Below the pieces are notes generated by a model. It saw only the letters and a list, made by a program, of their open reading frames with translations. It had not been told where the DNA came from and searched no databases. A DNA stretch of 64,000 nucleotides from a virus (lineage: Duplodnaviria; Caudoviricetes): the IMG/VR virus record IMGVR_UViG_3300014205_000022, positions 2,193 to 66,192 of that record. One strand, written 5' to 3'. The position numbers and the translations under genes are program-made. The stretch's first letter is position 1, and each line of letters starts with the position of its first letter. Positions 1 through 9,484 of the stretch are shown one piece after another.

Positions 1-444
1 GGAAGAAGGCTGAAACTTATTAGAGAACACAACGGTATTACGCAGTCAGAGTTTGCAGCGAAGTCTGGATTTCAGCCTTCCGCAATCTCGCATTTTGAGG
101 CTGGTAGGCGGTCTCCATCTATGGCTAATTTGCGACGTATTGCCGAGTCTCTTAATGTCAGCTTGGACTACTTATTGAACCATCAACTACCTCCTGCACC
201 ACCGAATAAACCCCCGTTTTCTACCAATACCGGGGATCGCGAAGACAGAGAAATCGCCACCCTCCGACAGCAACTCGCCGCAGTGACCGCCGAGCGTGAC
301 AAACTCGCCGCACGAATCGCGGAGGCTCCGGTGTACTTTATGGTTCAACGACGAAATGACACACCTGAGCTGTACGAACAGGAATGTGAGGGCACGCGAT
401 TTAAGTATACTGAACGCGTCCGCCTGCTCGCCGAACCCGAATAA
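1..444 (+). CDS. XRE/Cro-family HTH transcriptional regulator (5'-truncated by window edge)
   Basis: Frame 1 is open from base 1: RRLKLIREHNGITQSEFAAKSGFQPSAISHFEAGRRSPSMANLRRIAESLNVSLDYLL, a canonical HTH_XRE pattern, followed by a coiled-coil C-terminus. Confidence 0.9.
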   Translation, partial: GRRLKLIREHNGITQSEFAAKSGFQPSAISHFEAGRRSPSMANLRRIAESLNVSLDYLLNHQLPPAPPNKPPFSTNTGDREDREIATLRQQLAAVTAERDKLAARIAEAPVYFMVQRRNDTPELYEQECEGTRFKYTERVRLLAEPE

Positions 445-460
445 CTATAAGGAGATAAGA

Positions 461-811
461 GTGGCGCTTAGAGAGTGTGAATTGACAAGATGGTTGTGCG
501 ACGAACTCCGGGCCTGTGGTGCGATTGTTATCGTGCAACAGGCCGGAGTTTTTAGCCAAGGGTGGCCAGATCGTCTTCTAGTGACTATTGGCTGGATGGG
601 GTTTTTGGAGATGAAGGGGGTGGACGGCAAGCTTACTGGCAGACAAGCACGCAACTTGCGTGAGATTCATAAGAGGCAACCTGGGCACGCGCGTGTTGTA
701 CGGTTTGGCGAGACCGAGAGTGGTCCGCACAGGCTGTACGATTACAGCATGACTGAGTGGGTGGAGTTCGTGACGGCGAGGCAGTTATTGGGCTTGTTGG
801 GCGCGAAATAG
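461..811 (+). CDS. VRR-NUC (PD-(D/E)xK) nuclease / resolvase-like protein
   Basis: GTG at 461 follows GGAG. The GWPDRLLV...FLEMKGVDGKLTGRQ...L motif is typical of phage VRR-NUC proteins. Confidence 0.8.
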   Translation: MALRECELTRWLCDELRACGAIVIVQQAGVFSQGWPDRLLVTIGWMGFLEMKGVDGKLTGRQARNLREIHKRQPGHARVVRFGETESGPHRLYDYSMTEWVEFVTARQLLGLLGAK

Positions 812-825
812 GTGGTTTAGTGGGA

Positions 826-1120
826 TTGTGTAATTTGGATACTGGTAGAATCCTATGAATATCTCCGCGTGTTGTAGAACGGAAAACGCAATTATCTGTT
901 CTGGAGTAGTGGCAACTGGTATACAGTGATTGTTGCTGGTTGCTAACAGAATAGAATTTACACAGAGATAATTCAGTAGAGAACAGTAGTATTTAAATGA
1001 CTCTAACTATAATCACTAATTCGCGCGAACCCGTCTTCTTATATATATTCCAGATTCTGTATTTGGATCTATCATAGATTCAGAAACTCATAGGATTCTA
1101 CCAGTATCCAAATTACACAA
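826..1120. repeat. Perfect 33-bp inverted repeat (826-858 / 1088-1120) enclosing a 229-bp AT-rich spacer
   Basis: TTGTGTAATTTGGATACTGGTAGAATCCTATGA at 826-858 is the exact reverse complement of 1088-1120. TATAAT lies at 1008-1013 within the spacer. Confidence 0.95.
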
Positions 1121-1143
1121 CTAGGTATTAGAGGCTGGAGACT

Positions 1144-2340
1144 ATGATGGAAGTAGACAAACTCGCCGCTCTTGCCAAAGATCAAAAAGACCAAGAGTAT
1201 CATCACACTCGAGTTCAATGGCGTGTTCAAAGACAGAACGCTCGCATAGACATTAAGAAGTCTCGTGCCGCGCTAGAAGATCTAGCGCTCTCGTCGTTCG
1301 CAGATATGCAGAACGCTCTAGTTGAAAACGACGTCGTTACTGCTCTTAAGTGCATGAAGAAGCTTAACATCCATCCAATCGATGTTGATGCAGAGTTTCT
1401 TCAAGAAGTGCGGCCACTCCCAAATGACGTACTTACACGTCTGCTCCGCACGCGTATCGTTATTGTGCCTACAGGCAAGGACAGGAAACGCGGATGGCAG
1501 CCTGGAACGATACCATATGAGGACGACGCACCGTACGGTGGCGATGTAGATATTGACTCTAATACAGACACTTCAGCTTACGGAGAAAAGCTGCCGTCAT
1601 ACCAAAAGGATCTTACACGCGAGCGATGGCAAGTCTATAAGAGAGGTGTGAAGTATTGGAATCGTGCGGCAGCTAATACACAACAACGACTGGACATGAT
1701 TGCCGCTTGTAACTTCACATGCCCTATGTGTAAGCGTGTCGAGTTAAATCAACATGCTTGGGTGGCCCACTATATTAAGCAAGGGCTTAACAGCAGTGGG
1801 CCAAGTAAGGTGTGCGTGTGTATGCGTTGCTACGGTGACTGGCTTAAGAAGTATATGCCTAAGCAGAACAAGAAGCCGCCATTCAGGCCTAAGGGCGGTG
1901 ATCCTCCTGCTGACGGTGTATGTCCAACGTGCAAGAAAATAACGAACACTGCTCGTCGCTTCTGGCGCACAACACAAGACCCAGTCGTTTGTTGGAGATG
2001 TGGAGACAAGCAAAGTAGGACAACAGCATCGGTGCCTAAGCCTGTGAAGAAGACGCCTAACACGTTCGACATTGTTAAGATACTGGAAGCAGTTAACTTT
2101 ACGTGTGCGAGATGCAATAAGCGGTATGACGATGTGACTAGGTGGGATAAGACGATGTCACCGCCTATGTGCAAGTTCTGTGCTAAGTCAACAAGAGAAA
2201 GACAACGAGTGGACTTCAGAGCAGTTCTTGCGTCTGTTAGCTGTGTGTGTTCACAGTGTAAGAAGATGCATACGCGTATGTCATCTTGGGTCGTAGGCAG
2301 CTCACCACCCATGTGCAAAGGTTGTAGCAATGGAGATTAA
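1144..2340 (+). CDS. Multi-zinc-ribbon protein (eight CxxC pairs)
   Basis: CxxC pairs CPMC, CMRC, CPTC, CWRC, CARC, CKFC, CSQC and CKGC sit in repeated modules resembling FTCxxC...W...PxxCxxC. Confidence 0.7.
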   Translation: MMEVDKLAALAKDQKDQEYHHTRVQWRVQRQNARIDIKKSRAALEDLALSSFADMQNALVENDVVTALKCMKKLNIHPIDVDAEFLQEVRPLPNDVLTRLLRTRIVIVPTGKDRKRGWQPGTIPYEDDAPYGGDVDIDSNTDTSAYGEKLPSYQKDLTRERWQVYKRGVKYWNRAAANTQQRLDMIAACNFTCPMCKRVELNQHAWVAHYIKQGLNSSGPSKVCVCMRCYGDWLKKYMPKQNKKPPFRPKGGDPPADGVCPTCKKITNTARRFWRTTQDPVVCWRCGDKQSRTTASVPKPVKKTPNTFDIVKILEAVNFTCARCNKRYDDVTRWDKTMSPPMCKFCAKSTRERQRVDFRAVLASVSCVCSQCKKMHTRMSSWVVGSSPPMCKGCSNGD

Positions 2341-2584
2341 GCCGTCTGGATATGAGAACACCACGAAGTGTAGTGAGTGTGATTGCATTCTTACGCTCGA
2401 TAACACGGCGAAAGATATTCCTGGCAGCTATATCTTAGCAGAGCGAGCACCAGTCTGTAAGCAGTGCTATGAAGTCATCACGAAGGTTGACGTGACGTGT
2501 GTTAAGTGTAACACAAAGTTCACTGCATTGCCTAGCACGAATCTTTATCGACCAGTCTGTCGCCAGTGCAAGCGATCCAGGTAA
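2330..2584 (+). CDS. Small double zinc-ribbon protein
   Basis: CSEC, CKQC, CVKC, CRQC; start overlaps the upstream stop. Confidence 0.65.
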   Translation: MEIKPSGYENTTKCSECDCILTLDNTAKDIPGSYILAERAPVCKQCYEVITKVDVTCVKCNTKFTALPSTNLYRPVCRQCKRSR

Positions 2585-2618
2585 TAGACAGATACAGTAG
2601 GCATAGGAGTACAGCACT

Positions 2619-3209
2619 ATGAACATAAGACAATACGGGATGCTCATGGAACTTGAGTTCCTTCTTGAGCCTCACAAAGACATGCCAGAAGACCAGATGC
2701 ATCGGGTCGCACAGCACGTTGCGTTTAAGAACGCATGCAAGCAATTGGGCTTTGATGTCGACATTGCTTATGATGAGTCACGCGGCTCCATGCAGTATAT
2801 GATCACCTGCGCTAATGGGCGACGTGTGTTTAACATTGATTTACGCGGCGTTATGCTAAGCAATGTTGGCCTCATTCACTATGAGGCCATTGATCTTGTT
2901 CGCAAAGCTAAGAGCGAGCTAGACAGTCGTGCAGGTGGGCATACGCATAGGTGCCCAAGATGCGGTGAACCAGCACACCGCGATGGCAAGGCATTCATCT
3001 GCGGATCGTATCAGCGGATGGATGGTGTGTTCGTCCAGACTGACCAGCGCCATAAGATCCAGGTCTATGCGCAAGCCACCAAGGCGGCACGTGACAATGG
3101 ACAAGGGTGGCAATCAGTTCAAGATGAGCGAGTGCGTGAGGTTGTTCTGAAAGACCGTATCATGCAAGACATCATGCGTGGGGCCTATCATGATTCCACG
3201 ACGACCTAA
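2619..3209 (+). CDS. Hypothetical protein with CPRC zinc-ribbon-like segment
   Basis: ORF in the operon direction; contains HRCPRCGEP...FICG. Confidence 0.55.
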   Translation: MNIRQYGMLMELEFLLEPHKDMPEDQMHRVAQHVAFKNACKQLGFDVDIAYDESRGSMQYMITCANGRRVFNIDLRGVMLSNVGLIHYEAIDLVRKAKSELDSRAGGHTHRCPRCGEPAHRDGKAFICGSYQRMDGVFVQTDQRHKIQVYAQATKAARDNGQGWQSVQDERVREVVLKDRIMQDIMRGAYHDSTTT

Positions 3210-3336
3210 GAGTCAAGGCGCAAGCGCTTCTGGCAACGCGACTTACCCAGCACAATGCAAGCGTTGTGGCAAGGTGATTAAGAAGCAGAAGGGCAAGGAC
3301 GCTGTGTTGATCTGTTCATCTTGTCAGCGAAGGTAG
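3190..3336 (+). CDS. Small zinc-ribbon protein (48 aa, not in ORF track)
   Basis: MIPRRPKSQG...CKRCGKVIKKQKGKDAVLICSSCQRR fills the gap between neighbouring genes. Confidence 0.5.
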   Translation: MIPRRPKSQGASASGNATYPAQCKRCGKVIKKQKGKDAVLICSSCQRR

Positions 3337-3340
3337 CGTT

Positions 3341-3628
3341 ATGATCGTCCTTAAGTATGAGCTCCAAGTTGGTAGGCAGCGCGTCATGCTGCCGATCAAG
3401 CGCAAGATTCTTAGTGCACAGATTCAACGAGAGGCACTGTGCCTGTGGGTGGTGGTTGACAACAGGTCAAAGCTTGAAGATGTTGTGATTTACGTTGTTG
3501 GAACTGGTCAGTCGTTAGATCCCTTTGACTTCCCTGACATCGATCATCTGCCTGAATACATCGCCACTGCACAAGGCGATGGAGCATACGTGTGGCATGT
3601 CTTTGTGGAGCCACAAGGTGGCGTGTAA
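3341..3628 (+). CDS. Conserved phage hypothetical protein (DUF7352-like)
   Basis: The pattern KYEL...ILSAQIQREALCLW...VVGTG...VWHVF is common in small phage proteins. Confidence 0.55.
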   Translation: MIVLKYELQVGRQRVMLPIKRKILSAQIQREALCLWVVVDNRSKLEDVVIYVVGTGQSLDPFDFPDIDHLPEYIATAQGDGAYVWHVFVEPQGGV

Positions 3629-4352
3629 AGATTTCGTTGATGATGGAACGAATCAGCAGTGTGGCGTCTTTAAATGGGTAGACGGTAAACACAGCATTCG
3701 CTCAAAGCGAGCTGAAGGTAATAGGTGTCCGCATGAGGCACGACCAGACCAGCTGTATTGCAAGTGCCACGACAAGATCAACCATTTAAGCAGGTCGCTT
3801 AAGAGATTCCCAATGGCTTATCGAGTTCTGTCTAAGGTGTTGACTAGGCGTCTTGAGCAGATCAATGCTGACTGCAACGAGATGATCCACTTAAGACACG
3901 AACTTGATCTTGTGCGAGCGGCTGCTGTTGATTCAGTAGAGGCGTATGATCAAGCGCTTGACCTCGTTGATATGGCCCAGGGCACTGAGGACAAAGCGAC
4001 TCTTGACGCGGCATACAGCGTAAGAGCTGCTGCAGCCGATGCGATGCGCGATGCGCTTAAGCATGTGCGCAAGACAGCACTTGATGCTGCGCGAGTCGAA
4101 GCGTTAAGTGCTGCGCAGTATTCGCCAGTTGCCGTGCGTGAGATCCTTACGCAGGTGATCCACATCGTTCATGATGCGTGTAAGGACCATGTGGATGGTG
4201 AGACGATCGCTGCTGCCATCGATTTGCGTATGCGCGAACAGATTAAGGTGGGTGAGGCTACTGCATCAACAACGTCGTTGACTCCCGACATCATTGATGC
4301 GGAGGTTCTTGACATGGACAGCACAGTACCTAGAGCCCTGACACATGAATGA
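3618..4352 (+). CDS. Candidate terminase small subunit
   Basis: N-terminal RC...A...YCKCH motif followed by a helical LRHELDLVRA region; lies upstream of TerL. The GTG start at 3618 is inferred. Confidence 0.45.
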   Translation: MACKDFVDDGTNQQCGVFKWVDGKHSIRSKRAEGNRCPHEARPDQLYCKCHDKINHLSRSLKRFPMAYRVLSKVLTRRLEQINADCNEMIHLRHELDLVRAAAVDSVEAYDQALDLVDMAQGTEDKATLDAAYSVRAAAADAMRDALKHVRKTALDAARVEALSAAQYSPVAVREILTQVIHIVHDACKDHVDGETIAAAIDLRMREQIKVGEATASTTSLTPDIIDAEVLDMDSTVPRALTHE

Positions 4353-4614
4353 TGCTCTTCTTAAGCCAGGCACGAAGTGTTTCGCTAAGCGTGACATCGT
4401 TGAGCCGCCCGGTGAAGACTGGCCCGGCGGCGTGTATGCCAGTCGTGGTGAGGTCCTTGAGATTGTGCGTGCATGCGATCCGCCACACCACTCATTCAGG
4501 TACGTGATAAAGGATCCACGTGGGCATGAGTACTATGTTCGCTGGGCGGAAGTAACAGTAGTTAAACCAGAAGAGAGGAAAAATAATGACGATTACAGTG
4601 GGCACGCGTATTAG
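4345..4614 (+). CDS. Hypothetical protein (SH3-like beta pattern)
   Basis: Start and stop coupled to neighbouring ORFs. Confidence 0.5.
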   Translation: MNDALLKPGTKCFAKRDIVEPPGEDWPGGVYASRGEVLEIVRACDPPHHSFRYVIKDPRGHEYYVRWAEVTVVKPEERKNNDDYSGHAY

Positions 4615-4816
4615 GTTCACGCGTAACTTGTTTGTTGCGCACTGGAAAACACACGTGTCCATACTTGTTGCGGCGCGCGGTGAGCTGGGTACGATTGTTG
4701 GTGATGGATGCGCTACATGGGATCGTGGAGGCGGGCTTCAGTTCGAAGTCAAGCCAAGCGACTTTACAGTAGAGGAGACAGAAGAATGCGATGTCGAACC
4801 TGCGGAGATTGGTTAG
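4586..4816 (+). CDS. Hypothetical protein
   Basis: Coupled ORF in the operon direction. Confidence 0.45.
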   Translation: MTITVGTRIRFTRNLFVAHWKTHVSILVAARGELGTIVGDGCATWDRGGGLQFEVKPSDFTVEETEECDVEPAEIG

Positions 4817-5475
4817 GCCTGTTTGGGCAGAAGGCTCCGTGCACGAGATGCGTTGAACACGATCGACTTGTGCATGGGTTGCGCGGTGCCGTAATCATGG
4901 CCAGTTGTATGGCCGGCAAGACTACAGTGTCGCCATTGCCAACCGACCAAGGCAATCTGCAGCAACTACTGCGTGATGCGATCTATCTCACTGGTGCAAC
5001 GCGCGTCGAGAGTGAAGAGCATCGTCTCCTTGAGCTTGAGCAGTATCTTTGCTCTGGCGCCTATGTAACGTTCGATGATGCGCATGTGACGCTGCGTTAT
5101 AAGGATGACAGCATCATTGCATACTCATGGACGGTCGCGGGCCTTCACCTTTTGATGGCTGAGCTTAAGCGACTGTACGATGAGTATGTTGAGCAGCTGG
5201 CCAATGAGGCACAGTGCCATATTGATGACGAGTTGTTCACTTACATCGATGATGACTATGTCGTTGACAAGTCAAGATTCAACAACGAGACAGAAGCTCT
5301 CGAGTTTCTTAAGCAGTATGGTATCAAGCGTGTAGCATGTCCTGAGAATCTTATCAGGACAACACAGTCACTCAGTCAGCATCCGCAAGAGATAAGAGAC
5401 GCAGTTCGTTATCTTACTGGCATGTGTGGCTATGCTTGGGAGCAGTCTTATCCACAAGGCGACTTCACGAAGTGA
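4786..5475 (+). CDS. Hypothetical protein with N-terminal CxxC...CxxC
   Basis: ATG at 4786 follows GAGGAG; MRCRTCGDW...PCTRC. Confidence 0.55.
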   Translation: MRCRTCGDWLGLFGQKAPCTRCVEHDRLVHGLRGAVIMASCMAGKTTVSPLPTDQGNLQQLLRDAIYLTGATRVESEEHRLLELEQYLCSGAYVTFDDAHVTLRYKDDSIIAYSWTVAGLHLLMAELKRLYDEYVEQLANEAQCHIDDELFTYIDDDYVVDKSRFNNETEALEFLKQYGIKRVACPENLIRTTQSLSQHPQEIRDAVRYLTGMCGYAWEQSYPQGDFTK

Positions 5476-5873
5476 GTGAACAACTGGTTTTAAGATTTAC
5501 AGGCGATGCGTTCGTCTTAAGGCATGGCCATGAGACAAGGACTCTTGCTCATGGCCATGACTATAAGAACGCTTGGTACGCGTTAGGCTTTGGCCTGCGT
5601 GAGACGCTTGAGTATCTTAAGACTAATGGTAAGCCACCTAAGTCACGTATGCTAGTCATTGAAGCTGATTGCACTAAAGTCTTAGGGCAATCAGCTTGTG
5701 ACGACGTGATAAGCTACATGCTAGGTGACCCAGGGCCATGTGATAAAGATGTCGCCGCCATCGGGCTGCGTAAGCGCTGTCTTGCGATTCTTGTTGATAT
5801 CGCAGGCGTGTCTGGTTATGGATGGAAGTTTAAGAGGGCAAGCGATGACAAGATTACTCATTGTAGTGTGTGA
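5472..5873 (+). CDS. Hypothetical protein
   Basis: GTG start overlaps the upstream TGA. Confidence 0.5.
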   Translation: MSEQLVLRFTGDAFVLRHGHETRTLAHGHDYKNAWYALGFGLRETLEYLKTNGKPPKSRMLVIEADCTKVLGQSACDDVISYMLGDPGPCDKDVAAIGLRKRCLAILVDIAGVSGYGWKFKRASDDKITHCSV

Positions 5874-5926
5874 CCTATTTGTTGACGCATGCCTGCTCCT
5901 TGCTTGTGGAGTGATTCTTCTATTGT

Positions 5927-7231
5927 TTGGTGATGAGTAGTATGCTAACCTCCGCATGGACGCCTCTTAAGTATCACCAGCAACAATCACAACTGTGGCG
6001 AACCAAGGCTCGCTTCGTTGCTGTGTGCGCTGGGCGAGGCTCGGGCAAGAGTGAACTGGCTCGCCGCCGCGTCGTGCGAATGTTGCCAGTTAAGAAGGCG
6101 TGGACTGACCCGCTTTACTTCTATGCATTGCCAACATTAGGGCAAGCGCGTCGTGTAGCCTGGGATAAGATTAAGCTACTGGTTCCGCCCCATTGGATTG
6201 AGAAGACCAATGAGACCACGATGGAGATCCTGACTGTATTCGGATCTACATTGCGGATCCTTGGCTTGGATGAACCAGCCAGAGCGGAAGGCGTCCAGTA
6301 TGATGGTGGCGTCATCGATGAATCAAGTGATCAGAAACCTGGTATATTCAACCTCACTTTTCGTCCTGCTCTTACTCACCGATCCGGTTGGTGCTGGCGA
6401 ATTGGGGTGGCAAAGAGACGTGGAGTCGGGGCTCGAGAATATCGTAAGGTATTTGAGCAATGGGGTTCCGCTAGAGACGGTAATCATGAGGCTTATACAT
6501 GGCCTAGCACAGACATCTTGCCACCTGAAGAAGTAGAAGCCGCACGCGCATCTCTTGATGAGAAGGACTTCAATGAACAGATCCTATCATCATGGGAGAG
6601 CGATGCAGGCCTTGTGTACTATGCGTTTCATGAAGCTGCTTCATGCCGTCATGACCTTTCTTATGATCCAAGCCAGCCGATTATCGTAGGCAGTGACTTC
6701 AACGTCGACCCTATGGCCTGGGTGATCATGCAGCAGCATGGGCCAGAGCTGCATGTGTTCGACGAGATATGGGAGAGCAACACCAACACGCAGCGAACGC
6801 TTGATACTCTTCACGGTCGCTACGGTGGGCATCAAGCCGGTTGGCTGTTCTTTGGTGACGCGTCTGGTCGAGCACGTAAGACGTCAGCGTCGATGAGTGA
6901 CTATGTACAGATACGCAATGACGTTAGGTTCAAAGGCGCAAGGGTATTGTATCCAAAGAGCAATCCAAGAGTTGATGATCGTGTTGCATCAGTGAACGCC
7001 CAGCTTAAGAACGCTGCCGGCGAGAGAAAACTATTTATTCATCCTCGGTGCAGTCACCTGGTACGGGATCTCGGGTATCTGTCTTATGACGCAGGGTCTC
7101 GTGAAATCAACGAGAAAGACCCAGACGCCAAGCATATCACTGATGCGCTTGGCTACCCGATTCATTACCTCAGGCCAGTGCAAGTCCACGTCGACGACGA
7201 TGAGGTGGGTGAGGCCGTAGGAGTCATGTGA
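5927..7231 (+). CDS. terL: Terminase large subunit (Terminase_6-like)
   Basis: Walker A AGRGSGKS, Walker B GGVIDE, nuclease motif IVGSDFN and C-terminal HITDALGY. Confidence 0.93.
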   Translation: MVMSSMLTSAWTPLKYHQQQSQLWRTKARFVAVCAGRGSGKSELARRRVVRMLPVKKAWTDPLYFYALPTLGQARRVAWDKIKLLVPPHWIEKTNETTMEILTVFGSTLRILGLDEPARAEGVQYDGGVIDESSDQKPGIFNLTFRPALTHRSGWCWRIGVAKRRGVGAREYRKVFEQWGSARDGNHEAYTWPSTDILPPEEVEAARASLDEKDFNEQILSSWESDAGLVYYAFHEAASCRHDLSYDPSQPIIVGSDFNVDPMAWVIMQQHGPELHVFDEIWESNTNTQRTLDTLHGRYGGHQAGWLFFGDASGRARKTSASMSDYVQIRNDVRFKGARVLYPKSNPRVDDRVASVNAQLKNAAGERKLFIHPRCSHLVRDLGYLSYDAGSREINEKDPDAKHITDALGYPIHYLRPVQVHVDDDEVGEAVGVM

Positions 7232-8433
7232 TGGTGCTGTTTATCAACGACAGTATGGTTCGCACTGGGGTTGCTGAGGATAGCGTTGCTGCTGCAGGTC
7301 TTGACAGGCACGGTCCTGGAGGCTCACAGTCTGATAAAGAGCGCCTTGATTGGCTGCGTAGACAGTCAATTGCTATTAAGAAGAAGCTTGGTACGAAGGC
7401 GAAGAACGACACTGCTTATAATAACTATATGGCAGAGTATAAGAAGATCGCGAAGAAGCTTGGGTATACTGCGTCTTCGAATATCTCCGCCGCAGAATCG
7501 CTTTTCCCAAAGACAAAAGCTAAGCCGATCATCATTACCGTTAAGAGTGGTGGTAAGTCAAAGATGGGACCCATGTCCGCAGCTGAAGTTGCTGCGTGGA
7601 TAGCTGACGAGATTGTGGATGACAGCACTACGTTCGGAAAAGCGACGGCTAAAGGAAACGTGATCACTGTTACTGGAGCGAAAAAGAGTAAAGTCGCAGA
7701 GATCGCTAATCGTGAGTCATTTGGCGCGAAGATTGAAATTACGGCGTCGGCGGGCGATGTTGAAGCCGCCGGTGACATGCCTGAAGATCGCCTCCCTGAT
7801 CGTAAGCGCGTGACGATCCAACTGACCGGCAACAACTTGCCACGCGTCATTCAGCTGCTCAAAGCGCAGTTCGAAAACGTCAAGGTCAATGGCAATACTG
7901 CGTCTGTTGAAACGTCGTTCCCTAACGCTGTTTCTATCGGACTGCGGCGTATCGACCCTGGCGCTAAGGTGATGGACGTTGTTAAGCTGAGTGGCGTTGT
8001 GAGTGCTGCATCAACACCCAACACCAACGCTCGCTACATCTTCCCCAACGAGCAAGCCGCTTCAGCGTTCGTCGACACGATCTTGCGCATGGGCAAGGGA
8101 CTGAAGGCTGCTTACAAAGGTCGTGCTGCTGTAGTTCTTAACCCTGGTGTGTACGCCGCTGAGGTGAGTGATGCTGCCCGTAAGGCTGGTGGCAAGCCGC
8201 CTGCGGCTGGTGCGAGTGTTAGTGCTGCCGCTTCAGCAACCGCGTTCATTGATATGGGCGGCCAGTTCAAGACTGCACAAGACTTGATGCGAGCTGCTAA
8301 GTCCGCTGGTCTCACTGTGAAGTCAAGGACGCTGCCTGATGGTATTGACGTTGTTCTCGTTGGTGACAAGGCAAAGATCCAGCAAGTAGCTGGTCAGTTC
8401 GGAATCAAAGACACATTCATTGGTTGGAGCTAA
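7231..8433 (+). CDS. Lys/Ala-rich modular protein, candidate head-internal polyprotein
   Basis: Lies between terL and portal. Modules of about 65-90 aa are separated by VAAA, ISAA, VEAA, VSAA and VSAA. Confidence 0.6.
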   Translation: MVLFINDSMVRTGVAEDSVAAAGLDRHGPGGSQSDKERLDWLRRQSIAIKKKLGTKAKNDTAYNNYMAEYKKIAKKLGYTASSNISAAESLFPKTKAKPIIITVKSGGKSKMGPMSAAEVAAWIADEIVDDSTTFGKATAKGNVITVTGAKKSKVAEIANRESFGAKIEITASAGDVEAAGDMPEDRLPDRKRVTIQLTGNNLPRVIQLLKAQFENVKVNGNTASVETSFPNAVSIGLRRIDPGAKVMDVVKLSGVVSAASTPNTNARYIFPNEQAASAFVDTILRMGKGLKAAYKGRAAVVLNPGVYAAEVSDAARKAGGKPPAAGASVSAAASATAFIDMGGQFKTAQDLMRAAKSAGLTVKSRTLPDGIDVVLVGDKAKIQQVAGQFGIKDTFIGWS

Positions 8434-8435
8434 CG

Positions 8436-9464
8436 ATGGTTACGCGCGCACAACGATACAAGATGAGTCGGCAGACGGTGGCATGTGCGGCTTCAACTCC
8501 GCCCAAGACTCAGCGCTTGTCGCTCTCGTTCACCAGTGATCTGGATCGTGAACTGTTTGCCACTGAGCTTGAATTCGCATTCCGCAAAGCGCCACGGCGC
8601 ATGGAGACGTGGAACGCTTCGATAGCTGTGCCAGTTCGCAACACCAATGAGGCAGGCTTCGTGAAGCGCCTCGCACAGAAGTACGATGGTGTGAAGCTGA
8701 GTCATGGCGCGACGATCAGCGCTGCAGCGGACAAGTGGACGAAGTTTGATCCAGAGCTTCCACGATATATCATCAATCTTGAGAATCCCAGAGACGAAGA
8801 GCGAGCTGGAAACGCCCTGATGAAGGCAGGACAGCGTGGGTTCAGCAGTTCAGGTGCTAAGATTTGGCTGAAGACCAACAACATTGATAAGATGGTTGCG
8901 GCTATTAAGGCAAAGGGCGTTCGAGTCTCCGGTGTTGAAGAGCACGGACTTCAGGCACCAGCAATGTCTGCCTCTCTCCCAGGTGAAGATCACACCGCTC
9001 CAACCAGTGACCAGCCAACCGCCTGTGATATGTCGCTGTCGTTCAGCAACTCGCAAGCGGCTCATCGGTTCGCCGCTGGCCTGATGCGCATGGGCGCCAA
9101 AGTATCTGTGGACGGCCCGTCAGTTAAGTGCTCGTTCCCGTTCGCTCAAGCAAGCAAGGCGCTTTCGTTCGCCGCTAAGCTGACTGGTGCGGGTGATGCA
9201 GGTACGGTTGCTGCCGGCCCAATGACGTCTGATATCAATAAGCCTGCGCAGCCTGTTGTGTTGATGTTTATTGATGCAAAGACTGCTGCTCAGGCGGCTA
9301 AGAAACTGCAAAGCTTTTCGCCTGACGTGCAAGTTAAGGGCGCTTATGTCAAGGTTGTTGATCTTGATCGCAATAAGGCTCTTGGCGTTGCACGTCAGTT
9401 TGACCGAGCGGCAACCATTGATCCGAAGAATGGACTGCACGCTGGGTTTAGTGCAAGCGCTTGA
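8436..9464 (+). CDS. Modular protein, candidate head-internal polyprotein
   Basis: Modules are delimited by VACAA, ISAA and MSAS, with a terminal FSAS; each module alternates beta and alpha segments. Confidence 0.6.
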   Translation: MVTRAQRYKMSRQTVACAASTPPKTQRLSLSFTSDLDRELFATELEFAFRKAPRRMETWNASIAVPVRNTNEAGFVKRLAQKYDGVKLSHGATISAAADKWTKFDPELPRYIINLENPRDEERAGNALMKAGQRGFSSSGAKIWLKTNNIDKMVAAIKAKGVRVSGVEEHGLQAPAMSASLPGEDHTAPTSDQPTACDMSLSFSNSQAAHRFAAGLMRMGAKVSVDGPSVKCSFPFAQASKALSFAAKLTGAGDAGTVAAGPMTSDINKPAQPVVLMFIDAKTAAQAAKKLQSFSPDVQVKGAYVKVVDLDRNKALGVARQFDRAATIDPKNGLHAGFSASA

Positions 9465-9484
9465 TGATACTCTTCACATGAGGC

